The notes under the pieces were generated by a model. The model had not been told where the DNA came from and searched no databases. It saw nothing but the letters and a program-made list of their open reading frames with translations. From NCBI GenBank assembly GCA_020184695.1, contig JAANOX010000255.1:48185-112184 (forward strand): a stretch of 64,000 nucleotides of DNA, read 5' to 3'. Shown piece by piece: positions 1 to 10,067 of the stretch (the first letter of the stretch is position 1; the number at the start of each line of letters is the position of its first letter). This DNA comes from Histomonas meleagridis 2922-C6/04-290x. Taxonomy: Eukaryota; Protista; Parabasalia. The position numbers and the translations under genes were made by a program.

Positions 1-92
1 GCAATATATAACTGTTTTTACACACACAAAACATTATCAAAAATTTAAATTTTTTTATCACATTTATTTATTATACATATTTGTCTTATTCT

Positions 93-2828
93 TTAAAAGA
101 ATGGGTTTTGCCAACTTGGGCCTCCCCAAGGATTTCTCTGATATTGATACATTGGTCTACCATAAGATCTTTGTTGCCTCTTTCTTGGAGGACCGAACAC
201 ATTAGCCCAAACGTCGCCTTGGTCATCATTTCCATTATCATCATCTTCACCATCGAAGTGGAATTCTCTCTGTACCTTTGGCCTTTCTTCTTGTTTTCTT
301 TGTTCAGCCATTTTCCTTCTTATTTCTTCTTCTTCTTGAATTCTTCTTCTTCTTTCTTCTTCAGCTCTTTTTTGTTCTTCCAATTGCCTTCTTCTTTCTT
401 CTTCTATTTGTCTTCGTCTTTCTTCTTCTGCTTTTCGTTGTAATTCTGCTCTTCTTTCTGATTCAAGTTGAGCTTCTCTTTGTCTACTTTCTTCTTGTCG
501 ACGTCTTTCTTCTTCGAAAGGATCGTATTGTCTTCTTCGTGGGTACATGTTACGGCGTCTCATAGGTTTACCAAAGAGTGCAGCCCATGGATCATAGAAA
601 TCATTTACATCTTCTTCCATTTGTTCATCGTTTTGTATTTGTTCTGCTTTTTGTCGAAGAGCATTTTGATCAATGAATGATTCACTATTATCTTCTTCTT
701 TCTTTTGTCTGATGACTTCTTCTTCTTTAGGTTGAGGTGGTGTCCAATTCTTTTGTGGTTCGACTTTCTTATTCTTAAGTTCTTCTGCACGTGAATCGAA
801 TTGATTTATTGATTCTTGTATAGCGTCAACATTATATTCTATTTCAGTATACTTCGGCTTTGATAATATTTCATTCAGTTCATTGATTGAATTGTTAAGT
901 TCTTCTTGTAAATTAATCGAATCTTCATCTTCTAAATGAACTTTATCATTTTTAACATTTGTTAATATTTTCTCAAGTTTCTCTTTAAGTGGTGGAATAG
1001 TATCAGTTAATATTTGATAATTACGTATTCTCTCTTCAATTGGTTGAATAGCTTCTGTAATCATTCCTAATCTTGATTCATATTCTTCAATTGGAAGATG
1101 TTCAAATTCATTTTCATAAAACCAATTACGTAATTCTTCGGCTTGTTTTTGTATGTTTTCAAGTTCATTTTCTGGATCAATGAAATCTTGATTATCTTTA
1201 AGTAATGAGTCAAGTTTGAAGATAGAACTTTCAAGACTGTTCTTTGTGAAATCGACTTTTTCTTCATATTCATCTGATGCCGACATATTTTCTTCGAGTT
1301 GACGATATGCTTCGAGTTCTTCATTTGTCATGTCATTTGGTATAGTTATTTCTACTTGAGCTGGAACTTCTTCATCATTTTCTGTCTTATATTTTGCACA
1401 TTCAACTTCTATAATTCCATTTTGATTTAATCGGAATCTAATTGCTACTTCAACTTCATTTTCGACTTCTGTTGATACTTCAATATTTGCAATTTCTTCA
1501 CCATTTGATATTAATTTTATAGTTGATTTTCCAGTAGTTTTAACAGTAATTTCTGATACATTTGGTATTGGTGAAAATTGCTTAAAGAGTTCACAAGGAT
1601 TTTCTGTATCGTTGTTAACTTCGGCAATGATTGAATATGGAATAACATCTTTAACTATAAGTGGTACTTTGAACATTCCTGGTGATAATAATGCAGCTAA
1701 ATAACCACTGCCTTGTGCAAAACATTCGTCTAAATTAAGTGAAAGTGATTGTTCTTTGCCAAATATCTCGGCAATTTTGGCTTTAACAGCTGGTACACGT
1801 GACGCGCCGCCAAGAACTTGAATGCCAGCAATATCTTCGATTTTAAGATTTGCAGATTCAAGACAATTACGAATTGGGGCTTCAATACGTGAAAGAAGTT
1901 CAGTGATTTGTGATTCAAATTCTTGACGTTTAACAAGGAATGAGACATCAACATCATTCATAAGTGATGGAATTTCAAACGATACAACTGGATTAATAGA
2001 TAAAGTCTTCTTGAGCTTTTCAACAGCGGTCCTGAAACGTGACATGGCACGAGGATTGGTGGTTGGGTCAATATTATACTTTTGTTGTACTTTATCAACG
2101 AGATATTGAATTAATGGATATGAAAAATATGCGCCACCAAGCTCTGTGTCACTTGCAGTACTTACAATTTCGACATAGCCATGTTTGAGAAGAGCAACCG
2201 CAACGTTCATTGATGAATTTCCAAAATCAATAAATACATAAGGTACTGGTTTTTCAATTGGTAACATTTCTGGATGTGTCATGGTAAAGGTAATAGCAGC
2301 AGCGGTGGTGGAATTGACTAAAGCTAAACATTGAAGATTTCCTATTTTACAAGCATTAAGTATTGCACGTCTATGTTTTTGCGTCCACCATGGAGAAACA
2401 GCTATTACGTATCTAGATATTTTTGGTTCTGAAGTTTTTGCAATTTTGTCCATTTCTTTGAATAAATATGCTATGCATTGTTCTGGTCTTAATACTAATG
2501 TCTCACCTTTAAATGGAACTTGTATACCAACTGTTCCGTCGTTTAATTCAACAATTTGGAATGGAACATTATTTTGTATTATTTCTCTTTCTTTTGAATT
2601 ATATTGTAAGCAAACTAAACGTTTTAGCTGTGTAATTGTACTGCTTAAATACATTGATTGTTCTTGTAAAGAAGTATCTCCACTATATCTACGGTCACCT
2701 GTATATGTAATCATTGTTGGGGTCAAACGATTTGATGATTGATTCAAAACGACATCAACGCCATTACTTTTTGGTACTCCAATTACGCAGTTTTTATTTC
2801 CAAAATCTAATCCTGCAGCAATCCACAT
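93..2828 (-). CDS. Hsp70-superfamily chaperone, Hsp110/Sse-like, with long charged C-terminal extension
   Basis: 911-aa ORF. Hsp70 NBD motifs GLDFGN, NQSSNRLTP, DFGNSS, GGASRVP and LNLDECFAQG resemble Hsp110 more than canonical Hsp70. E/R/K-rich tail. Confidence 0.88.
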   Translation of the reverse strand: MWIAAGLDFGNKNCVIGVPKSNGVDVVLNQSSNRLTPTMITYTGDRRYSGDTSLQEQSMYLSSTITQLKRLVCLQYNSKEREIIQNNVPFQIVELNDGTVGIQVPFKGETLVLRPEQCIAYLFKEMDKIAKTSEPKISRYVIAVSPWWTQKHRRAILNACKIGNLQCLALVNSTTAAAITFTMTHPEMLPIEKPVPYVFIDFGNSSMNVAVALLKHGYVEIVSTASDTELGGAYFSYPLIQYLVDKVQQKYNIDPTTNPRAMSRFRTAVEKLKKTLSINPVVSFEIPSLMNDVDVSFLVKRQEFESQITELLSRIEAPIRNCLESANLKIEDIAGIQVLGGASRVPAVKAKIAEIFGKEQSLSLNLDECFAQGSGYLAALLSPGMFKVPLIVKDVIPYSIIAEVNNDTENPCELFKQFSPIPNVSEITVKTTGKSTIKLISNGEEIANIEVSTEVENEVEVAIRFRLNQNGIIEVECAKYKTENDEEVPAQVEITIPNDMTNEELEAYRQLEENMSASDEYEEKVDFTKNSLESSIFKLDSLLKDNQDFIDPENELENIQKQAEELRNWFYENEFEHLPIEEYESRLGMITEAIQPIEERIRNYQILTDTIPPLKEKLEKILTNVKNDKVHLEDEDSINLQEELNNSINELNEILSKPKYTEIEYNVDAIQESINQFDSRAEELKNKKVEPQKNWTPPQPKEEEVIRQKKEEDNSESFIDQNALRQKAEQIQNDEQMEEDVNDFYDPWAALFGKPMRRRNMYPRRRQYDPFEEERRRQEESRQREAQLESERRAELQRKAEEERRRQIEEERRRQLEEQKRAEEERRRRIQEEEEIRRKMAEQRKQEERPKVQREFHFDGEDDDNGNDDQGDVWANVFGPPRKRQQRSYGRPMYQYQRNPWGGPSWQNPFF

Positions 2829-3185
2829 AAATTAAAAATGGATTTAGTCATTAAAATGGTCGACAATTTAAGAATAGAAAAAGTCAGCAATAAGTGGTTT
2901 GGTATTCAAAAAGTGAAGAAAAATGAAGTGACCATGTTGAAAATTTTATTTGAATGCGAACAATAGAATAAACGGATACCCCATGGATCGTTTCACTTCA
3001 TGCATGCCACTTTTGATGTAACGATAGAACTTTTTCAGAATAATTCGACCATTTTACCATTGAAAATCATATGGTTTATCTGAACGTTAAGAAAAAGTTA
3101 CCTTTTTCATACCAAACAAGGAATTGATTTATCAGTCCGGAATTGGTTCTAATGAAAGTGCTTTTGGAATAGAATTTCATAAATT

Positions 3186-5051
3186 TTATGTGTCATAAAG
3201 AGAAATTTCATTATTCTCGCAACAACTTACAACAATGTGAATGTTACTCTGATCTACATTTATGTTTTTTCTCTTTATTTTAGCTGAGTTTGAAAGTAAA
3301 AATTGAATTTCTGCAAATTTTGTTGCAAGTGGTGAAGCAGAAGTAGTCAGAAGTTTTGTTGCACTTGAGATTGAAGTTTGCATTATTTTTCTTACCATAA
3401 CATATGATTGAAATGATATGTCATTCATAAGTTGATTTGAAAATATTTTATGAGAATAATCAAAGTTTGGTACATTAATACAATTCTTTACGCATTGTTC
3501 TATACATTTATTTGGATGAAATATTTCAAGTGCACAAAAAGAAGCTGCTTTCTGTATTGTTAGCTTACTATCAAACTCATCACGCACATTATTGTAATGA
3601 TTTTTAGTAAGAAATGTAGAAAATTTGTGCCATTTCTCAAGTAAATTTTGTTGATATATCAATTCTAATAAATGATCATTGAATAAATTGTTGTTATGTA
3701 GAGAAATATATTTACTCACAAATTGTCTCCAAAGATTACGATATGCATTGAATTGTTCAAATGATATTAGTAATTGATTTCTTCTATCATTTGCTAGTAA
3801 TTTTCGAGTCAATATTTGAAATTTAGTTATAAGTTTTGCACGTATTTCTTCATGCTTATTGAACAAATAGTTTTGCATTTGAAAATTTTTATTCAGAAAT
3901 GCGGAAAATTTATACCATTTTTCAAGTAATTTTTGATGATAATTGAAGTCAGATAAATATTGATGAATTAAATTTATATTATATAAGGAAACATATTTAT
4001 CCATGAATTGTTTCCAAAGATTACGGAATTTATTGAATTGATCAAACGAAAATTGTAATTGGTTCCTTCGATCCATTGCAACTAATTTTCGTACTATTGT
4101 TTGGAATGTCATTAAAAGTTTTATATGTCTTTCTTCTTGCTTATTGAACAAATAGTTTTGCATTTGAAAATTTTTATTCAGAAATGCTGAAAATTTATAC
4201 CATTTTTCAAGTAATTTTCGTCGATATATTAATTCTGATAAATAATCATTGAATAAATTATTGTTACATAAAGAAACATATTTACTCATAAATTGTCTCC
4301 AAAGATTACGATATGCGTTGAATTGTTCAAATGATATTAGTAATTGATTTCTTCTATCATTTGCTAGTAATTTTCGATTCAATTTTTGAAATTTAGTTAA
4401 AAGATTTTTACGTTTATCTTCTAATCGTTTATCAAATAATTGTCGTTGGATTTGAAGTTTTTTATAAAATGATTTTCTAATGTATTTAAGAATGATTTGC
4501 TTGAGTGAATGCTTTTTTGGTTTAGTTACAAATACCTGTTGTTGAATCGATGGTGTGGTTTCTTCGGGATGATTTGAGAATATATCTTCGTTTTGTTCAG
4601 AAAATAAATTATTTCTTTCAGCATCTTCTAATTTGTGTAAAGAATCCAAAAGAATTTTTTCTTTGAATTTCTTCATAAGATGCTCCCATCTTTTTATACT
4701 TTTAATTTTATTTAATTGACTTCTTGCTGCAATTAATTCAATAATGCGCTGTCTTAGAAGGTATAAAGAAGTTAAATTTTTGAATTTGAGTTTGGCTTTA
4801 TAATGATTTTTAAAACATTCAAATGTATTTTCATTTTCTTTAATTTTCAAAGTTTCTTGTTTTCCTTCAAGTAAATCCCATTTTGCCTTTTTAAGAATAT
4901 TTTGTTTACTCAAATGCGTTAATTGTGAAGAAAGATAAATCCAATCTTTCTTTCTCATCAACCGATAGTGCTGTGCTTTAATGTCAGTAGATACATGATC
5001 AAGCCATTGCGAAGCTTCGTATGCTTTCTTTTTCGTAAGAAGGCATTTCAT
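3186..5051 (-). CDS. Hypothetical helical protein with three 95-aa internal repeats
   Basis: The ORF track starts at TTG 5120; the first ATG (MKCLL) is at 5051. The repeat unit LLANDRRNQLLISFEQFNAYRNLWRQF...LLEKWYKFS recurs. Confidence 0.72.
   Translation of the reverse strand: MKCLLTKKKAYEASQWLDHVSTDIKAQHYRLMRKKDWIYLSSQLTHLSKQNILKKAKWDLLEGKQETLKIKENENTFECFKNHYKAKLKFKNLTSLYLLRQRIIELIAARSQLNKIKSIKRWEHLMKKFKEKILLDSLHKLEDAERNNLFSEQNEDIFSNHPEETTPSIQQQVFVTKPKKHSLKQIILKYIRKSFYKKLQIQRQLFDKRLEDKRKNLLTKFQKLNRKLLANDRRNQLLISFEQFNAYRNLWRQFMSKYVSLCNNNLFNDYLSELIYRRKLLEKWYKFSAFLNKNFQMQNYLFNKQEERHIKLLMTFQTIVRKLVAMDRRNQLQFSFDQFNKFRNLWKQFMDKYVSLYNINLIHQYLSDFNYHQKLLEKWYKFSAFLNKNFQMQNYLFNKHEEIRAKLITKFQILTRKLLANDRRNQLLISFEQFNAYRNLWRQFVSKYISLHNNNLFNDHLLELIYQQNLLEKWHKFSTFLTKNHYNNVRDEFDSKLTIQKAASFCALEIFHPNKCIEQCVKNCINVPNFDYSHKIFSNQLMNDISFQSYVMVRKIMQTSISSATKLLTTSASPLATKFAEIQFLLSNSAKIKRKNINVDQSNIHIVVSCCENNEISLYDT
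3590..4400 (-). repeat. Intragenic tandem repeat, 285-nt period, about 3 copies
   Basis: cttctatcatttgctagtaa occurs at 3781 and 4351 (570 nt = 2 x 285), with a diverged copy in between. Confidence 0.9.
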
Positions 5052-5302
5052 TTTAATTCTTTCATTATTAAACGGTCGATTTAAACGTACGGAAAACTGC
5101 CAAAATCCAAAAAACCTCAAAATGGCGTTTTGAAAAAGTTAATATTTGCATTATATATAATCGGAAACTGTCACTTTTCGACCAAATATGTTCAAAGATA
5201 ACTTCATCCACAGCGGATTAATTTAATATTCACGTTCAGATGTTTGGATTTGTTTAAAAACCAGAAATTTTATCAAAGAAATACCATTTACTTTAATATT
5301 TT

Positions 5303-7162
5303 TTATTCTTCTTTTTCCTCAAAATTTTTAGCGAATTGTATTTCAAAGTTATAATTTTGTTTTTGCTGTGGTATTCTGTAAGGCGCCACTGATTCTCTGT
5401 TAAACTTCATCCAATTCCTTACCTTTTCGATCTTTTGCAAATGTTGTTCCTCTTTTCTAACCTTTGGATCTGCAGCGCCGAATTTTCCATATTTCTCGTA
5501 CACCTCGTCCACTTTGTCCTTCACTGCCTCCACGTCCTTTTCAGTGTACTTCGCAACGCGAGGCCGCCACATTCCTTTCTTGAATCCCTGTCTGATTTCC
5601 TTCAACACCAGTGTGCCGTCGAAGAGATATATAGCGAAGCCTGACATGTTACCAACTGCTCTGCTTGAGTTCGCCATGACGAATGCGCCATTTGGATCCC
5701 ATTGCAATGATTCGACTGCAGATATTTCGAGTGACTTAATAATGCCTGCTTGCGAATCCATGTCATAGAATTGCACAAGAGAACTTCCATTATTAATATC
5801 ATGTGCTACTGCAAAACGACCTGCTGGAGAATAAATGAGTTCAGAACATGACGCTGTGTATACTGCTAAGCGCGTAGTATTTGTTGTGATTTCGTATAAA
5901 TGGATTAACCGACCTTGACTTGTCTCGATGATGACTGATATGCGGCGCTCTTTAGGATCCCATGAGCAGTTCTCGATTGTGCCGACTTTCTTAGTGTCTT
6001 GTATGTTAAATGTGCCGACTTTGTTTGGATTTTCTAAGTCGAAAATAGTTAATGATGATTGGAATGCACCTTTAACTGGTGTCTCAATCACGACAGCACA
6101 TAACGCTTTGTTCGGATGCCAATATGCTTTGGCTCCCGCGGCATTATATGATGCATGCGTGTGTACCATTTTGCCATCTGTGATGGAATAAAAGGCAATG
6201 CGTGGCGGCGAGGCTTCGCGCTCTTTACGGAAAGTAAAAACATATGGTGATGAAATGCTTGGAGAAAAGGAGTCAATGTCACTACTAAAGACTTTGGGCT
6301 CCTTAAATGCGGGTGCGGAAAATACTCGAAGTTCTTTGCCAACCATGGTAAGAACACTGGAGCCATGTCCAAATTGAATTTTGTTGTAGTCGGCCTTATG
6401 TAATGGGAAGCGGAAGACGCGCGATGATTTTAATATGTCATATATTGATGCACCATGTGGAGAATAAATGTTGTCAAGATCACTGCCTTGTGGAAGGGCT
6501 TTGCAAAGAAGGAAACGTCCGCAGGGAGAAACAATGTAATCTTTGATGTTTTGATATTGAATAGATGAAAAATGAATCCAGTTTTCACCTGTGTAGAATT
6601 TAAGGACGTCACCAGATTTACCTATAAGGAAAGAACCATCAGTAGAAAACTTGAAGTCATCAATAGACTGAAGATGATTTGGAAGATCGATTTGGGTAAG
6701 ACTAGCATCTTTGGGATTAAACCAATATGCATGAGGGAGTTTGTTGGTCAAATAAACAATTTGATCATAAAGCCTTTCATCAACAAGATACCATGAAAAA
6801 TGTTGAACTTTGTGCTCACATGGTTCAACGACAAGTGGTACTGGTTTGTCTGAGCCTTTGAGATACTTTTCAAATGTTTCACAGCTCATAAAACGAACAC
6901 GTGTTTTTGCATCAAAAACAGCATGATCAGCACCTGTGATAAGAGCATGAGCTTGTGAAGAACCATTTTCTCCAGTGCATTTAATAAAAGCAATTCCAGT
7001 GGATTGACCATCTTTTGAGGGAAGCTCAATATTATCGATTGTGAGAGTTGGAATAAATTTGATTAATATCTTGCTTAAAAAGTATTTTTTGAATTTTTCG
7101 AAGTTTGCCTCTGTTGTTTTAGGAAGACCAATGCATACGACAATATTTGTAAGTCTACTCAT
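5303..7162 (-). CDS. eIF3b: Translation initiation factor eIF3 subunit b (PRT1)
   Basis: N-terminal RRM (IVVCIGLPK...TGIAFIKC...FEKY), a beta-propeller body (WHP, WDP, SPAGRF repeats) and a C-terminal WRPR motif, as in eIF3b. Confidence 0.82.
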   Translation of the reverse strand: MSRLTNIVVCIGLPKTTEANFEKFKKYFLSKILIKFIPTLTIDNIELPSKDGQSTGIAFIKCTGENGSSQAHALITGADHAVFDAKTRVRFMSCETFEKYLKGSDKPVPLVVEPCEHKVQHFSWYLVDERLYDQIVYLTNKLPHAYWFNPKDASLTQIDLPNHLQSIDDFKFSTDGSFLIGKSGDVLKFYTGENWIHFSSIQYQNIKDYIVSPCGRFLLCKALPQGSDLDNIYSPHGASIYDILKSSRVFRFPLHKADYNKIQFGHGSSVLTMVGKELRVFSAPAFKEPKVFSSDIDSFSPSISSPYVFTFRKEREASPPRIAFYSITDGKMVHTHASYNAAGAKAYWHPNKALCAVVIETPVKGAFQSSLTIFDLENPNKVGTFNIQDTKKVGTIENCSWDPKERRISVIIETSQGRLIHLYEITTNTTRLAVYTASCSELIYSPAGRFAVAHDINNGSSLVQFYDMDSQAGIIKSLEISAVESLQWDPNGAFVMANSSRAVGNMSGFAIYLFDGTLVLKEIRQGFKKGMWRPRVAKYTEKDVEAVKDKVDEVYEKYGKFGAADPKVRKEEQHLQKIEKVRNWMKFNRESVAPYRIPQQKQNYNFEIQFAKNFEEKEE

Positions 7163-7256
7163 TGTGTTCTTGAATGGCCTTTATTTTGATAGAAAACCGT
7201 TGGTCAAGTATAACTTGGAGTGCCCCAAATTTTTGGTTGGACGTTAAAATGACAAC

Positions 7257-9724
7257 ATGAAAAATGAGAAACAAAATCAGACTCAAACTGCACAACTAAA
7301 TAAAAATCCTATTAAAATACTTACTGGTGTAGAAAAAATTATTTTTAATTTAACTTTGGAAAATCTCGATTGGTCTGTTCAGCAAACGATGAAATTGTAT
7401 GATTCAAATTTTCCATATTCATTGGATCTTACTATCAGCAATTTAATTTATTATTCGTTTTGTTCACAAAATATTAAAAGTTATATATATTTAAATTATT
7501 TGGAAGCAATTCAAAAAAAGGAAAAAGAAATTAACAATAAAACATCAAAAATTATAGAAATTTTTAGTATTTATATTTCTAAACTCGATTCACAAGAAGC
7601 ATGTTATCTATTAGATAGAATGATTAAGCGAAATTTTATTAATTTTAATATTACTAATAATATTAAGAATAAATTTTTTGCTCACTATAAAAAAGAAAGT
7701 GAAAACAAAAAAATGTATCGTAATGATATAATAAATTCAACTTTTATAGAAAATTATGAAGAACTATCAAAGAATGATTTTGAACTTCATAAAAAGTTAA
7801 TTGAAGAAGGAGTAAATCCAAATGAAATATCAAAAATAATTCGAAATGATGAAATAGAAAAACTTCAAGAAATATCATCACAAAATGATTTTGATTACGA
7901 TCAAACAATTAAGCCATCACTTTATGAAAGATGTGGATTTATTAATCAAGAAAATATTCCATTAATTGATTATGCAGCATTTTTTGGATCAATTAAATGT
8001 TTTAAATATTTACTTATGAATGGTGCTAAAGTAGAAAACACAGGTAAATATGCAATTGCAGGTGGAAACATTGAAATTATTCATTTATGTGAACAAAATC
8101 ATTCATCATTTGGAAATGCGTTTGAAATATCAATTGAATTCCATCGAAATGATATCTTTAAATATCTCTATGAAAAGAAAATTAAAACTATTAATAGTTT
8201 AACTGCGTTGAGTGTTAAATGTATTTTATATCATAATTATGAAGTTTTTACTTTTTTGCTAGAAAATGGAATGAAAATTAATGAAGAAATGATTAATGAA
8301 GCAGCAAGAATTGGGAATATATATCTTGTTCAATATTTTCTTCAAAATAATCCGATTCCAAAAGAAATTTTAGTATATTCTACGGAATCAGGAAACATTG
8401 AACTTGTAAACTATATTCTTGAACAAGGAGGAATTGATATCAATACCCAAATTATTGTTTTATTTCATTTAATTTTTCAAAATTATATTTGGAATTTATT
8501 TAAATTATTTTTATCAGCATTTGTTGTGGCAGTTAAGAATAATAAGATTGATATTTTCGAATTGCTTCTTGATAAAAAAGGAAATGAAATTAATCTAAAT
8601 GATGTTACTAAATATTATGTAAAGTTTATTTAAAATATTTAATAATGCAATTTTAATAGCATCTTCATGTTGTTATTTAGAAATACTTAAAGAACTTCTT
8701 AAACAAAAAGGTATAGATATTAACTTTAAATCTGTTTACATGTTTTGTTTCCTTTTTGTTTTGATCATTTAGAATTTAAAAATAATATTTAATGTTTATT
8801 CAAAATATTTTTAACAGCACTTATTTTGGCATCTTCAAAAGGTCATATAGAAATCGTTAAATTACTTCTTGAACAAGAAGGAATTGACATCAATGCAAAG
8901 AATATTTATTTGTTTTATTTAATGTTTTATGAAATAATTTTCTATTTCAAAATAATATTTGAAAATTATTTAAATTATTTCAAACAGCACTTATGGTTGC
9001 ATTAATCCATAAAAATGCGCAAATAGTTGAATTACTTCTTAAACAAAAAGGTATAGATGTTAACATTAAAAGTATTTGTTTGTTTTATTTAATTTTTGTT
9101 GTAATAATTTTCTGTTTTAATATGATATTTGGAATTTATCTAAATTATTTGATACACCACTTCTTTATGTAATTAAAAATAAAAACTTCGAAATGGCCAA
9201 ATTTCTTCTTGAAAATGCAGAAGTTGATGTTAATATTAAAGATATTTATATGTTTTATATAAATTTTATTATAATAATTTTCTGTTTTAATATGATATTT
9301 GGAATTTATCTATAATATTTGAAACTACACTTATTTATGCTTCTTCATTTGGTAATGAGGAAATTGTGAAACTAATTCTCAGACGTAAAGGAATTGATGT
9401 TAATGTTCAAGGTAATATTTTCTTTTATTTAGAGTTTTTGAAAATTATTTTGGGTTAGAATGTATAATTTAGAATTTTTTTAATTTGTTTGAAACAGCAC
9501 TAATAAGAGCATCTACATATGGTCACACTGAGATAGTGAAATTATTACTAGCACAAAAGAATATTAATATAAATATTTTGAATGTTTTTTAGTTTTGTAA
9601 GGTGATGTTTTAAAATGATATTTGGAATTTATATATAATATCCCGAAAGGCACTTGATTTAGCACTTATAAATAATCACACTGAAATAGTACAAATACTA
9701 CAGGAAAAGGAAAAACAAAAATAA
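7257..9724 (+). CDS. DUF3447 + ankyrin-repeat protein, interrupted by 28 fixed 17-nt spacers; reconstructed length 663 aa
   Basis: LIDYAAFFGSIKCFKYLLMNG is the parabasalid DUF3447 signature. Seven 90-nt ankyrin cores start at 8514, 8644, 8814, 8984, 9154, 9324 and 9494, and a last core 9647-9724 ends in TAA. 2468 nt - 28 x 17 = 1992 nt = 664 codons including stop. The ORF track stops at 8633 because the spacers carry stops and frameshifts. Confidence 0.82.
8454..9646 (+). other. Array of 17-nt non-canonical intron-like spacers flanking 3-nt (one 6-nt) micro-exons
   Basis: Gaps between cores are 60, 40, 80, 80, 80, 80, 80 and 63 nt, and each equals n x 17 plus whole codons. Spacer consensus is (G/A/T)TTT...ATTT; none ends in AG. 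Confidence 0.85.
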
Positions 9725-10067
9725 AAATTTTTTTATAACCTTCAAAAATAAAAATTTTTTTTATAACAACATCACCATGATGATGCAGTACTTGTTTGGC
9801 TTAACTTTTATGGAGGAAATGAAGTTTAATTGTTTTAATTTCGTATTTTCATAGTTTTTTATTTTTGATTTTCTCTTCATTTTCTGTCTTGTTTAGTTGT
9901 CTGGAATATTCATTGCTGACAATTTGCTGGAAAGTTTGAGAATACACAAGTAAATCGCATATATCAGCTGTATTCGAATGTTATCTGATCAATTAATTTT
10001 CATCGTTACATATCTTAATTTTGAACAAAAACTCTGAGCATTACAAAAACAACAATGACAAAACATT

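Noticed and set aside
8930-8972. Hairpins within ankyrin gaps (aataattttc / gaaaattatt)
   Set aside because: Expected from the 20-nt A/T periodicity and not consistent across gaps; the 17+3 parse explains the data better.
8904-8987. Canonical GT-AG intron explanation for the ankyrin gaps (e.g. GT 8912 to AG 8987)
   Set aside because: Removing those 76 nt leaves the wrong frame, and several gaps have no usable AG or branch motif.
9074-9153. -1 ribosomal frameshifting on each spacer's terminal TTT, translating the spacers
   Set aside because: Spacers contain in-frame stops in that reading (gtt tta ata tga at 9114).
8454-9646. CRISPR-like repeat-spacer array
   Set aside because: Eukaryotic context, the constant parts are protein-coding ankyrin cores, and there are no cas genes.
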